A stretch of DNA of 64,000 nt from Obrimoposthia wandeli. Its lineage: Eukaryota. A program made the translations under genes and the position numbers. The stretch's first letter is position 1. Every line of letters begins with the position of its first letter. Positions 28,065 to 38,706 of this stretch are shown here, one piece after another. The notes below the pieces were generated by a model, which had not been told where the DNA came from, ran no database searches, and saw only the letters and a list, made by a program, of their open reading frames with translations. The stretch is from the NCBI GenBank assembly GCA_977020255.1, contig CDROCS010005394.1:1-64000 (forward strand), read 5' to 3'.

Positions 28065-29462
28065 ATGAAATTGCATAATCCAACGATATTATTACTGTCT
28101 ATCACTGCCGTTGTCGGTTGTGTAACGACTCCAACCCCTTCAAATGACGAGATAAGCCAAGCAGCAAGCGAAATTAAAACGCGGTTAACCACGCAATCGC
28201 CAGATACCTTACTTGCCGCGAAGCGTACCCAATTACCAACTTTGTATGCTGAATTGCCACGTTATCAATCTGAAGATGACGTGCAACAAATTATCGCTAA
28301 TTATAACGACGCACAAACGTACGTGAGTGACTTAGCCGAACACGCCGAAGGCACTGACGATAAAGCGGTACTAGAACAATACGCCGATGATCTGGATTAT
28401 GCCATCAAGCCGTTGCGTGAAAAAAATGGCGATAGCATGTTTAGCCTATTAGGTGGTCCTGCTTATACACCAGAGCAAGGTGCTTTATTGGCCGGTGGTG
28501 GCCTGTACTCTTTTAGTACTGATAGCAATGACATAGATTTACAACGCTCAAGTGTGACCGGATTTTTAATGGTCAACTTCCCGACTAATGGCAGCATAGG
28601 TTATGGTTTTCAGTCGAAACAAAACATCTTCTTTAACCACAACAACACTAAATATGAAGGTGTGGTCAACTTCGGTCAGCAGTCATCGCAATACTTTGGT
28701 GTTGGTTATGACAAAGGCTCTACGGTAGAGATGGGTGAAGATACTACGTATGATGCTAATCGTGGTGAATATATTGGTAGCCTTGCTTATCGAGTCTTCG
28801 GTGACTGGTACCTTGGTGCGAACACTGAAATGAATTATGTGAAAGTGACGGAACAATCTGACTACATTTTAGCAGACCAAGACTTTCAAGATTATGCCGA
28901 CAAGCCGTTTACATTGGGCTTAGGTTTAGTGCTGGAATATGATTCACGTGATTTTGCCGTGAACGCCAAAGAAGGCATCTATTTCAAAACAAATTACTTA
29001 AATTTTAATGAAAAAATTGGCTCTGACAGTGATTATTATAAAGTTAATGTCGAGTTCCGCTCTTATTACAGCTTTAACCCAACCAATACTATTGCCAGCT
29101 TTACTCAGTTCCAAGCAACGAAAGGCGATGTGCCTTTTTATGACCTTGCGACCTTGGGTGGTTCCAATTCAATGCGCGGTATTTTTAAAGGCCAATTTAT
29201 TGAAAAATCAGCCTTTGAAACCACGGTTGAATGGCGTCATACCTTTAGCCGCACTAACGGCTTACCATCCAATCACGGCATGACATTATGGTCTGGTATT
29301 GGCGGTGTCGGCGAGAGTGTCGATAAGCTATCTGACGATTTATTCTTAAGTTACGGCGTTGGTTATCGTTATCAAATCCAACCAAAAATGAACATTCGCC
29401 TAGATTTAGGGTTAAGTGAATTTGGTAGTGGTTTCTACTTTAATTTCACAGAAGCTTTTTAA
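28065..29462 (+). CDS. Omp85/BamA-TamA-family beta-barrel lipoprotein without POTRA domains
   Basis: Lipobox VVGC, about 100-aa helical linker, GGPAYTPE barrel start, LGGSNSMRG loop-6 motif, C-terminal FYFNFTEAF. Confidence 0.7.
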   Translation: MKLHNPTILLLSITAVVGCVTTPTPSNDEISQAASEIKTRLTTQSPDTLLAAKRTQLPTLYAELPRYQSEDDVQQIIANYNDAQTYVSDLAEHAEGTDDKAVLEQYADDLDYAIKPLREKNGDSMFSLLGGPAYTPEQGALLAGGGLYSFSTDSNDIDLQRSSVTGFLMVNFPTNGSIGYGFQSKQNIFFNHNNTKYEGVVNFGQQSSQYFGVGYDKGSTVEMGEDTTYDANRGEYIGSLAYRVFGDWYLGANTEMNYVKVTEQSDYILADQDFQDYADKPFTLGLGLVLEYDSRDFAVNAKEGIYFKTNYLNFNEKIGSDSDYYKVNVEFRSYYSFNPTNTIASFTQFQATKGDVPFYDLATLGGSNSMRGIFKGQFIEKSAFETTVEWRHTFSRTNGLPSNHGMTLWSGIGGVGESVDKLSDDLFLSYGVGYRYQIQPKMNIRLDLGLSEFGSGFYFNFTEAF

Positions 29463-29560
29463 TAATACGCACATAACACTATAGATAAATACTGTAAGGA
29501 AACAGGCCTGTAGTTCATCACCATATTTCTCAATTGAACAAATAGGATAATGTAACCCCT

Positions 29561-30913
29561 ATGTTATTTAAAACAAGGTCATTTAATTTAATAAGCCATC
29601 GCGGTGCCAAAATGGCAAGCAGCTTGCTACTCGCTGGACTGCTCACCGCCTGTGCAAACACAGCAGACACGCCATCGCAAAGTGATATTCAGTCTGATGT
29701 AGTGGCGCAACAAGAATTAGAACAAGCCTGGGCAGAGTTCTACCGCACCCTTGGTGATGTTGAGCAGCAATTTCGCGACAGCAGTATTTACCAGCGCGAT
29801 CCACAACATCGTGTCGACGCTTATGAACTATTATCAGCAATCACCAACGCCGCAATGAGTGGCGCGATTGCAGGTGGTGATGGTAGTTACCCACATTTTC
29901 GTAACTTACTTGATCCCGGTAAACGCATTGGTATTGATAATCCCGATACGTATTACCGCGCGGCAAATTTAAGTAATAAAAAGGGTAATAATGTCTATAT
30001 CGTCACGGGTAATCGAGGCACCAGCGCTGACTTTTTATTAGAGTTATTTGAAGCAGCGAATCCACAAGGTGCAGTTTCCGTTCTGGATGATAACCACATG
30101 ACATTTGATGCCGATGGTAACTTTAGTGTGACAATAAGTAAGGATAAAGTGGCTGGTAACTGGATGGCGTTGCCACAACAACAGCAAAATCTGATTGTGA
30201 TCGCCCGTTACACTCATGCTGATTGGAAAACAGAATCTGCAGGTAACATTCATATCAAGCGTATTGGCAGTGAAGGGGTTGCAAGTAAACCTGACAGCGC
30301 AGCGTCATTAACAGAGCTAATTAACAACGCAACGTCTATGGTAAAACGTCAAGGTACATTCTGGCCTGATTTTGCCGATAAGATCTCATGGTTACCAGAG
30401 AATACCTTGATCGCATTCCGCCCAACGGGTGACATCGGTATTCTCGGTCAATATAACAGCGTCGGTCACTATGATGTCAAAAAAGACGAAGCGCTGATTA
30501 TTAAACTACCTGAAATAGAATCTGATTATAACGGCTTCCATGTCATGAACTATTGGGCTGCATCACCAGACTGGGTAAACAAACAAAGCAGTGTGTCTTG
30601 GGGTCTTAATGGTAAAGCCCAGGCTTATAAAAGTGATGATGGTTTCTACTATATCGTTGCGTCACCACAAGATCCTGGCATGCAAGACTGGCTGGATACC
30701 AGCAGTACTCCAACAGGTGTGTTGATGTTACGTATTCAAAGTGGCGTTGATGACAAGATCATTACCTCGACAACACCTGAAACGAAGTTAGTGAAGCTTA
30801 GCGAATTACGCCAGCATTTACCTGCAGACATTCCGATGTTTAATGCAGCGCAACGTAAACAGCAGTTAACGCAGCGTCAACTGCATGCCGCTCAACGTTA
30901 CCAGACTTGGTAA
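29561..30913 (+). CDS. DUF1214-like lipoprotein
   Basis: Lipobox LTAC; IGIDNPDTYY, DADGNFSVTIS, NWMALP, DPGMQDWLDT and GVLMLR motifs. Confidence 0.65.
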   Translation: MLFKTRSFNLISHRGAKMASSLLLAGLLTACANTADTPSQSDIQSDVVAQQELEQAWAEFYRTLGDVEQQFRDSSIYQRDPQHRVDAYELLSAITNAAMSGAIAGGDGSYPHFRNLLDPGKRIGIDNPDTYYRAANLSNKKGNNVYIVTGNRGTSADFLLELFEAANPQGAVSVLDDNHMTFDADGNFSVTISKDKVAGNWMALPQQQQNLIVIARYTHADWKTESAGNIHIKRIGSEGVASKPDSAASLTELINNATSMVKRQGTFWPDFADKISWLPENTLIAFRPTGDIGILGQYNSVGHYDVKKDEALIIKLPEIESDYNGFHVMNYWAASPDWVNKQSSVSWGLNGKAQAYKSDDGFYYIVASPQDPGMQDWLDTSSTPTGVLMLRIQSGVDDKIITSTTPETKLVKLSELRQHLPADIPMFNAAQRKQQLTQRQLHAAQRYQTW

Positions 30914-30958
30914 TATCGACTTGCGTTACAACATTAGGCTTTAAGTATTAACAGCAAC

Positions 30959-31010
30959 AAGGGCGATGTCATGGCTATCTCGAGTAGAAAGCATGCATCG
31001 CCCCTTTTTT
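30959..31010 (+). terminator. Intrinsic terminator
   Basis: GGGCGATG...CATCGCCC followed by a T-run. Confidence 0.65.
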
Positions 31011-31044
31011 ATCAATAGCCTTATCAATCGCTTTATCAATCATT
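31009..31044. repeat. 12-bp x3 imperfect repeat (TTATCAAT core)
   Basis: TTATCAATAGCC TTATCAATCGCT TTATCAATCATT. Confidence 0.7.
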
Positions 31045-31099
31045 TAAAATCAGCAGGTTAGCACATAACTGCCAACGATAAACGCCTCACTATTTACGA

Positions 31100-31876
31100 T
31101 TAATAGCTGCAGCTTAACTCTTTTGGTCGACGATATTCAGCAGGTAATTTGGCGATAGCCTTACGTAAATCTTTGATACGGGTATCGTGTGATGGATGCG
31201 TTGATAATAGTTCCGGCGGTTGTTGGCCACCAGATGCCGCCGCCATGTTCTGCCACAACGCGATACTTTCTTCAGGATCAAAACCGGCTTTCGCCATCAA
31301 TTTTAAACCGACAATATCCGCTTCAGATTCTTGTGTACGTCCGTACGGTAATACCACGCCATACTGTAGGCCTAAACCGAGCGCTTGCATTGCCGTGTCT
31401 TTGTATTCTTGATTTTGCAAAGCGTAATCAGTTACCTGCAACCCAATATTGGTAATTTTAGATTGTGATAAGCGCTCGTTACTGTGATTCGCCGTCACGT
31501 GAACAATTTCATGTCCCATCACCGTAGCTAATTGAGATGGTGTTTTAGCTACTTTGAGTAATCCAGTATATACACCGATATGACCACCCGGCAGGGCAAA
31601 GGCATTCACTTGTGGGCTATCAAAAATGACCACGTCCCAGTTAGTGGGTTGATCGACATAGTGCGTCAAGGTATCAGCGATACATTGCACGTAGTTATTC
31701 AGTTTAGGATCTGTGTTGATTTTTTCTTGTTGCTTTATTTGATCAAATGACTGCGCGCCAAGCTGCGTCATGTCACCGCTTGAATATAACAATACTTGAT
31801 TACGGCCTGTTGGCGATGCTGTACAGCCGACAACTAAAGATGATAATACGACTAAAGGTAAAACGTGTTTAAACAT
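31100..31876 (-). CDS. M48 family metallopeptidase lipoprotein (LoiP/YggG-like)
   Basis: Lipobox VVGC, VNAFALPGG, HEIVH zinc motif, ESEAD and STHP. Confidence 0.88.
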   Translation of the reverse strand: MFKHVLPLVVLSSLVVGCTASPTGRNQVLLYSSGDMTQLGAQSFDQIKQQEKINTDPKLNNYVQCIADTLTHYVDQPTNWDVVIFDSPQVNAFALPGGHIGVYTGLLKVAKTPSQLATVMGHEIVHVTANHSNERLSQSKITNIGLQVTDYALQNQEYKDTAMQALGLGLQYGVVLPYGRTQESEADIVGLKLMAKAGFDPEESIALWQNMAAASGGQQPPELLSTHPSHDTRIKDLRKAIAKLPAEYRRPKELSCSY

Positions 31877-31998
31877 GCGCCCTCCATATTGGCTTGTTAT
31901 TTTTTCGATAAATTGTTTTTCGGTAAATAGATAACTTTCTATCCAGCCAGTATAAGGAGGGTATTAGCAATAGTAAAATGTTAGCCAAACCTAATCGA

Positions 31999-32202
31999 CT
32001 AAAAGCTTTTAAACTGGTTAGTTTTTGTGTCGTAATGATAACCCAGTGTATCGAGTTTATTGGCGAGAGCTTCGGTGGGCATGTCATAAGACGCCGACAG
32101 ATCATGCAGGTCAGGACATTCTAGTCGTAGTTTTTCGTTAACAATACCCAGTAATATCGCGGTATCCATTTGTTCAAAATTACTTAAATCCATCTTCATC
32201 AC
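31999..32202 (-). CDS. DUF4250-like small protein
   Basis: MDTAILLGIVNEKLR...LGYHYD...NQF pattern. Confidence 0.7.
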   Translation of the reverse strand: MMKMDLSNFEQMDTAILLGIVNEKLRLECPDLHDLSASYDMPTEALANKLDTLGYHYDTKTNQFKSF

Positions 32203-32297
32203 CTATCAATAATATGTCGATAAGTTAAGTTTAGAAGAGTGCAGATAATTTTACAGGTAATGTTAACGTATTATTCTTTCATTATATGATTGATGTC

Positions 32298-32915
32298 TTA
32301 TTTAGACTTTTTAAACCAATTGCTGATGAACGAAAAACGGGTTTTCTTACGTTGTGCGAGTTTTTCCAAAATCGCTTCATCAATCCATTGTTCTGACATT
32401 TTACGTGCATTATCCAGTGCTTTACGATCCATTTTAGCTTCGATCATTTTCAGCACTTTCTTAATGTCTTTATTGTCTTCGCCATTGAGTTGTGCAGCAT
32501 TAAGCCAAGCATAACCTAAACCGTAGTGTTGCTGAATACCTTCGGCGTACACATACATCATGCCTAGCTGTACTTGTGCTTTGACATAACGCTTACGCGC
32601 CGCTTCTGCGTACAGTCTAAACGCTTGGAGTTTGTCTGAGTCAGTGCCAAGTCCATTAAAGAACATGCCAGCAAGATTACATTCTGCCGCAGAGACTTCA
32701 TACTTAATCACTTCTGCTGAGTACGCATCAGGATTACTGGTAAATGAGCGCACCGCGATGCTGTACCAATAAAAGGCGTCATCAAAATTGCTTCGCGCAT
32801 AGCACATATCAGCCGCTGCAAGTTGCGAAAAAGGACTGCCCTGCTCTGCTTCAGAGATAATTTGTAAACCGGGATCCTTCGGCTTTGATTGCGTATTTTC
32901 AGTATTATTTGACAT
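32298..32915 (-). CDS. Sel1-like repeat protein
   Basis: AECNLAGMFFNGLGT and AQVQLGMMYVYAEGI repeats. ATG 32915 preferred. Confidence 0.8.
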   Translation of the reverse strand: MSNNTENTQSKPKDPGLQIISEAEQGSPFSQLAAADMCYARSNFDDAFYWYSIAVRSFTSNPDAYSAEVIKYEVSAAECNLAGMFFNGLGTDSDKLQAFRLYAEAARKRYVKAQVQLGMMYVYAEGIQQHYGLGYAWLNAAQLNGEDNKDIKKVLKMIEAKMDRKALDNARKMSEQWIDEAILEKLAQRKKTRFSFISNWFKKSK

Positions 32916-32990
32916 GCTTGTGCTTACCAATAAAAAACAAAAAGCCAGCAAGAGCCGACTGATAGATAAAATTGACCACTGTGCCGCTGT

Positions 32991-33033
32991 ATTTATACAA
33001 GAGTCTATTTATACAAGGACAGATTTATAAAAA
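32991..33033. repeat. 16-bp-period direct repeats (ATTTATACAAG core x3)
   Basis: Copies start at 32991, 33007 and 33023, in the divergent sel1/queC intergenic region. Confidence 0.65.
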
Positions 33034-33243
33034 AATACCTTCATACAACTATGTTTTTATACAGCAGTTGTTACATTCTACCGAAACAAATTACTTCTGC
33101 ATAGATGCTATTACCACGTTGTTTTTTAACCACTGGCAGGCAATTGTTTAAGCGTTTTTAACAACCGATTTAACCTTGTTTGAATATTCTTATGCTATTA
33201 TCGCCTCATTAAGGCATTACTATGATAGATATAAGGACAAAAA

Positions 33244-33972
33244 ATGTCACAGCAGACAGCAAACAAAGCCGTATTAGTATTCAGTGGTGGTCAAGATAGC
33301 ACTACATGTTTAGTCGATGCACTGCAACGTTACGACAGTGTAGACTGTATTACCTTTGATTATGGCCAGCGCCATAGCCAAGAAATCGAGGTAGCGAAGA
33401 AAACAGCGGCTTATTTCGGCGTTAAAAATCATAAAATTATTAATGCTGATGTGCTTGGTGAACTCGCAATTAGCTCATTAACACGTGACGATATCTCCGT
33501 ATCTCACGAGCTAATGGATAATGGCTTACCGAATTCTTTTGTCCCAGGTCGTAATATCATCTTCATGACGCTGGCAAGTATCTATGCTTACCAAGTCGGT
33601 GCTAACACGGTTATCACTGGCGTATGTGAGACAGATTTTTCTGGTTACCCTGATTGTCGCGATGAATTCATTAAATCGATTAACCAGGCTTGTAACTTAG
33701 GCATGGCGAAAGACTTTAAATTTGAAACACCCTTAATGTGGTTAAACAAAGCAGAAACATGGGCACTTGCAGACTTGCATGACGAACTTGATTTTGTGAC
33801 GCATCAATCACTGACTTGCTATAACGGTGTTGTCGGTAAAGGTTGTGGCGATTGCCCTGCGTGTCTATTACGTAACAATGGTCTGAATGACTATCTAGCC
33901 AATAAAACGCAACACATTACGGCGTTAAAAGGCAAGCTACCACGTTTGGCAAGTATTCAAGCTACGTCATAA
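33244..33972 (+). CDS. queC: 7-cyano-7-deazaguanine synthase
   Basis: [26 protein letters not shown] and TCYNG...GCGDCPAC. Confidence 0.95.
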   Translation: MSQQTANKAVLVFSGGQDSTTCLVDALQRYDSVDCITFDYGQRHSQEIEVAKKTAAYFGVKNHKIINADVLGELAISSLTRDDISVSHELMDNGLPNSFVPGRNIIFMTLASIYAYQVGANTVITGVCETDFSGYPDCRDEFIKSINQACNLGMAKDFKFETPLMWLNKAETWALADLHDELDFVTHQSLTCYNGVVGKGCGDCPACLLRNNGLNDYLANKTQHITALKGKLPRLASIQATS

Positions 33973-33999
33973 TAGTTTTTTTAATAAGTTAAGCAGGCA

Positions 34000-34042
34000 G
34001 AACTCAATTGTATGTACCATTTAAATACAGGCAATTGAGTTC
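34000..34042. terminator. Inverted repeat between convergent genes
   Basis: GAACTCAATTG...CAATTGAGTTC, 11 bp perfect. Confidence 0.6.
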
Positions 34043-34086
34043 CTCCTTAACAAACTAAAAACATTTTATCTTATATGCCGAAACGG

Positions 34087-35349
34087 TTATGATAATACGC
34101 TAAATAGCAGCGCTGAGATTGCGATCAAACCCATGATGGTCACAAAGAGGTTACTTAACGCGCCACGGTATTGAGCTAATGCTTCCACTTTAGATACCGC
34201 GTACATTGGCATCACAAACAAGATCATCGCAATAACTGGCCCCGAAAACATTTCCATCATATTTAAGATACTAGGGTTCATTACTGACACAAACCAAATA
34301 CTGGTAAACAGTATAAAAATAGTCAGCTTGTTCGTCGCTGCAGGTGTCGTGTTGACTTGTTTACGTATCAGACCATTTAAGCCTTCACGTGCCCCTAAGA
34401 AATGACCAAAGAATGAAGATGTAATCGCAATGAAAGCAATTAACGGACCTAGAGAAGCAATTAACGCATTGTCTTTCACATTTGCAAGGTACGATAAAAC
34501 AGAGATGTTTTGTATTTTAGCTTCCAGCAGTTGCGCTGGCGTTAGGCTAAACACACAAGAAAAAACAAAAAACACCACGAACGAAATAAGCATAATTGAC
34601 GTACGTTTCAAGATCTGTTCTGATTTTTGTCCTGCTTGCTTACCATACTGGCGCTTCTGTGCAGTGGAAAAACTAGAAATAGCCGCCGCATGACTAAACG
34701 CAAAAACAGTCACAGGTACAGCAAGCCACAATGTACGTGAAAATTCAGCCATATCTGTCGCCATTGATACATCAGGCACCTGCCAATCTTGGATCATGTA
34801 GATTGATAGTCCAGCAAGGATAAGCACCAATGGATAAACGATAATTTCAAATGCTTTGAGTACCAGCTTTTCTCCGCCCATCATAACGCCGACCATACCT
34901 GCAACCAATATACCGGATAACAACACACGTGAAGGAGATGCTAAACCAAGCTGATTAACAATAAAACTATCGACAGTATTGGTTAAGCCAACGCCATAGA
35001 TAAGCAAAATAGGATAAATAGATAAGAAATACAGAATAGAAATAATACGACCTGCGTTAGACCCGAAATGTTCTTCCACAACATCAGTAAAATCTGCTTC
35101 AGGGTTTTTCGATGACAGTACAAATCGAGATAAACCTCTATGCGCGAAAAAGGTCATCGGGCCTGCAAGAATAGCCATGATGATAAGCGGCCAGAATCCA
35201 CCAGCGCCTATATTGATAGGTAAAAACAATATGCCAGCCCCAACTGCAGTACCAAATAAACTAAGCGTCCATTTGGTATCATGCGCGTTCCAGCTGTCAG
35301 ATGTTGAATTTAATTCAGATTGAGATTGACTACTTTTAATATTTAACAC
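34087..35349 (-). CDS. HAAAP family serine/threonine transporter (SdaC-like)
   Basis: WTLSLFGTAVGAGILFLPI and AITSSFFGHFLGAREG motifs. Confidence 0.88.
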   Translation of the reverse strand: MLNIKSSQSQSELNSTSDSWNAHDTKWTLSLFGTAVGAGILFLPINIGAGGFWPLIIMAILAGPMTFFAHRGLSRFVLSSKNPEADFTDVVEEHFGSNAGRIISILYFLSIYPILLIYGVGLTNTVDSFIVNQLGLASPSRVLLSGILVAGMVGVMMGGEKLVLKAFEIIVYPLVLILAGLSIYMIQDWQVPDVSMATDMAEFSRTLWLAVPVTVFAFSHAAAISSFSTAQKRQYGKQAGQKSEQILKRTSIMLISFVVFFVFSCVFSLTPAQLLEAKIQNISVLSYLANVKDNALIASLGPLIAFIAITSSFFGHFLGAREGLNGLIRKQVNTTPAATNKLTIFILFTSIWFVSVMNPSILNMMEMFSGPVIAMILFVMPMYAVSKVEALAQYRGALSNLFVTIMGLIAISALLFSVLS

Positions 35350-35757
35350 GTATTAATCCTTGATGTAATTAGGAAGTGTATGTAACTAATTTTAAACTAA
35401 AAAGCAGATAGGTTAACTGCAAATCCACCTTAAATTAGTGTTAAAGACAATACACAGGCCATATATCGATGTAAAGTATCGTTAACCACAATGCAACATA
35501 GCTCACATATAATCTACATATTTGTGAGTATAAATACATATATGACCATAAAATAACAGTAGAATAACTAAGTGATAATGATTACAGACATATATGTAAG
35601 ACTAAACAGCCAAAATATGAATTAATCTTGGCCGATGAAAAAGTAATATTTATGTCATTATTTACTATTACCTCTAACGCCTCGCTGTTAACATACTTAT
35701 TTACCTTTCATCATGTTCTTATTTCTTAATATACTTCATTTTTTTAGGTCACCATTT

Positions 35758-37281
35758 ATGTCTCTAAGCACTACATCGCTATCTCACGAGCAAGCGGCAC
35801 GTTTTTTATCACGCGCAACATTTGGAGCAAAAGACAATGATATTGACGATCTTGTTAACACCAACATAACGGATTGGTTTTCTGCACAGTTCGCACTTCC
35901 GGTTGAGAGCCACCTAACAAAAATGCGTGAATTTGCTGACGTAACAGGTGATGCGTACAACGAAAACCCCAGGATGAGTGCTTGGTGGTATTTCACCATT
36001 AATGGCCAAGATACCTTACGCCAACGTCTTGCCTTCGCATTAAGCCAAGTTGTAGTGGTATCCAAAAATGGCGGACCTAGCTCTGAAGGGCTTGCCGAGT
36101 ATTATGATCTATTATTGACCCACGCCTTTGGCAACTTTAAAGACTTACTCAAAGCCGTCACGCTAAGCCCAGCGATGGGGAAATTTTTAACCTTATCTGG
36201 TAGCCGTAAAACAAATCCGGCTAAAAATACATTTCCCGATGAAAATTATGCCCGTGAAGTGATGCAGTTATTTAGCATTGGTTTATGGCAGCTCACTGAC
36301 GACGGTATGATTGCGGTTGATGGCAATAGCGATCGTATTCCGAATTACACCCAGACCGACATTGAAGAGTTTGCTCGCGTTTTAACTGGCTGGAAAACGC
36401 TGGATTACCACCAGCCGATGTATACCGATGAGACACACCACGACCCTGATGAAAAACAAGTATTAGGCCACACATTCCCTGCAGGACAAACAGCGCTGCA
36501 AGACGTAGAGCAAGCCGTTAACGTATTATTCCAGCATCCAAACACGCCAGTCTATATCGCGACATTGTTGATTAAGCGTCTTACTATCAGCAATCCGCGT
36601 CGAGAGTATATTCAACGTGTAGCCGATACTTTTAAAGACAACGGTTCAGGTGAACGCGGCGATATGCAAGCCATCATCAAAGCGATCCTACTTGACGATG
36701 ACCTGTTAGCTGGTGTTGCGATGCAAGATCATCTGCAATTAGGCAGTAACCAGCACAATTTTGGTAAAATCAAAGAACCGTTAATCGCCATGGCAAATTT
36801 AGCGCGCGCGTTAAATATCCAAAGTAATCACCCAGCGCGTTGGTACGATTGGATCGGTACGCGTAATAACTTTGGCCAAGCCCCATTATGCGCCCCAAGC
36901 GTGTTTAATTTTTATGATCCAGATTATGCACCGAATGGGGAAATAACCGAGACAGAACTTGTCGCGCCAGAGTTCGCCATTTTAAATACCGATATTATGC
37001 GTCGAATTAACAATAGCATGTGGAACACTATTTTATCTTACCGTAATACCAAATCAACACAGTGGACGTGGGACGAAAGTGAGTTCATCAACAATATTGA
37101 TGATGTAGATGCTTATCTTGAGGTTATCAACCAACGTCTATTTTCAGGTTTAATGTCAGCTGTCACAGCGGCAGAGATAACCCGTATATTCCTCAGTTAT
37201 AGTGCATCAAAAACGACTAACCGCCTTCACGACACATTATTTATCGCTCAGTGTTGTCCTGAGTTTCGCTGCCAAGAGTAA
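35758..37281 (+). CDS. DUF1800 family protein
   Basis: AARFLSRATFG, LRQRLAFALSQ, PDENYAREVMQLFSIG, GKIKEP and APSVFNFY motifs. Confidence 0.85.
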   Translation: MSLSTTSLSHEQAARFLSRATFGAKDNDIDDLVNTNITDWFSAQFALPVESHLTKMREFADVTGDAYNENPRMSAWWYFTINGQDTLRQRLAFALSQVVVVSKNGGPSSEGLAEYYDLLLTHAFGNFKDLLKAVTLSPAMGKFLTLSGSRKTNPAKNTFPDENYAREVMQLFSIGLWQLTDDGMIAVDGNSDRIPNYTQTDIEEFARVLTGWKTLDYHQPMYTDETHHDPDEKQVLGHTFPAGQTALQDVEQAVNVLFQHPNTPVYIATLLIKRLTISNPRREYIQRVADTFKDNGSGERGDMQAIIKAILLDDDLLAGVAMQDHLQLGSNQHNFGKIKEPLIAMANLARALNIQSNHPARWYDWIGTRNNFGQAPLCAPSVFNFYDPDYAPNGEITETELVAPEFAILNTDIMRRINNSMWNTILSYRNTKSTQWTWDESEFINNIDDVDAYLEVINQRLFSGLMSAVTAAEITRIFLSYSASKTTNRLHDTLFIAQCCPEFRCQE

Positions 37282-37286
37282 ACAAT

Positions 37287-38645
37287 ATGAAAGTAAGTAG
37301 ACGTAATTTTATCAAAGGCGGCTTAGCGTTAAGTACTATTCCCGCACTTAACGCTTGTAACAGCGAAACAGATAATGAATCAAGTGGCAAACCTGAAGAT
37401 GGTAATATAGGCCCCAAGGCATTAGTCGGTATTTTTCTATTCGGTGGTAATGACGCTTACAATATGGTGATCCCACGTACAGATAATGCCTATGCACAGT
37501 ACCAAGCTGCTCGCCCGAATATTGCTATCGCACAAAATCAATTAATTGATACAGGTTTAAGAACCCAAAGTGGTCCTTTTGATGAACCAGTTGAAATAGG
37601 CTTACATCCTGCAATGGCGGCGCTAGAACCTGCTTTTTCTCGCGGTAATGCCAATGTAATTGTCAATTCCGGCCAGCTTGTTCAGCCACTCATTGGACAT
37701 GATAAAAGTACGGCTTTATACCCTGAATTTTTGATGGCACACAACCTACAGCAAACGATGTGGCAATCTGGTGCCATGAACATGTCTGAACGTCAAGGTT
37801 GGGCAGGTCGCATGGTCGATAAGATGAATATTGCGGGTATGTACTCCCCTTTAATCTCGGTTAATGGCGATAAGAAATGGCTACGTAGTGATAGCCATGA
37901 ACAAATGCAAATGGCGTCATCCGGCCCTGGGGATTATAAAGGGATTAACGCTCAAACATTTGATTCGATGACCACCCTTTGGGACCAAAGTTATAGCAAT
38001 TTATTTCCAGACAATTACGGTCCACATATACGCAGCCGTTATTTAGAAAATGAGAACCTGAAAGAAATATTATCCACCGTGGATGCTGATAAATACGCTT
38101 ACCCCGATTCAAAACTCGGTGGTCAGCTGAATATGGTTGGCCGTTTATTACGTGCCCGAGATCAACTTGATCACTCGCGCCAAATATTCATGGTTGGTAT
38201 TGGTGGGTTTGATACTCATAATAATCAACTCGCAGACCATGATGCGTTATTAACACACGTTGCGGAAGCGATGGCAGCATTTCAACTTGAATTAGAACAA
38301 GAAGGTATTGCTGAACAAGTAACGACTTTCACGATGTCCGATTTTGGCCGACGTATTATGGCGAATAACTCGGGAACTGATCATGGCTGGGCTGGACACC
38401 AGCTCATTATGGGCGGTGCAGTCAAAGGCACTCAACAAGATAACCTCGCGATAGGCCGATGGCCTGATCTTGCGCCGAACAGTGAATACGATCATAACAA
38501 GGGGCGCTTAATACCGGAAATAGCCGCGGATCAAGTCAATGCGGAATTAGCTAAATGGTTTGGTTATCCAGCTGATTCAATCGCAGATCTATTTCCCAAT
38601 TTACCGTATTTTAGCAATGAAGGTAAGCTAAGTTTATTTCGATAA
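37287..38645 (+). CDS. DUF1501 family protein (Tat lipoprotein signal)
   Basis: SRRNFIK...LNAC; FLFGGND, GGFDTH, SDFGR, GTDHGW and Q-V-x-A motifs. Confidence 0.85.
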   Translation: MKVSRRNFIKGGLALSTIPALNACNSETDNESSGKPEDGNIGPKALVGIFLFGGNDAYNMVIPRTDNAYAQYQAARPNIAIAQNQLIDTGLRTQSGPFDEPVEIGLHPAMAALEPAFSRGNANVIVNSGQLVQPLIGHDKSTALYPEFLMAHNLQQTMWQSGAMNMSERQGWAGRMVDKMNIAGMYSPLISVNGDKKWLRSDSHEQMQMASSGPGDYKGINAQTFDSMTTLWDQSYSNLFPDNYGPHIRSRYLENENLKEILSTVDADKYAYPDSKLGGQLNMVGRLLRARDQLDHSRQIFMVGIGGFDTHNNQLADHDALLTHVAEAMAAFQLELEQEGIAEQVTTFTMSDFGRRIMANNSGTDHGWAGHQLIMGGAVKGTQQDNLAIGRWPDLAPNSEYDHNKGRLIPEIAADQVNAELAKWFGYPADSIADLFPNLPYFSNEGKLSLFR

Positions 38646-38706
38646 TTTATAACGATTAACGAGACATTATAAATACGCCAATCTAAAGTAGTGTGCAGAG
38701 AAACAA

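Noticed and set aside
33049-33064. LexA box CTAT-N8-ACAG
   Set aside because: The near-invariant CTG half-site is broken.
33180-33243. preQ1 riboswitch upstream of queC
   Set aside because: No AGAGGTTC...CCCTCT-like aptamer or A-rich tail was found.
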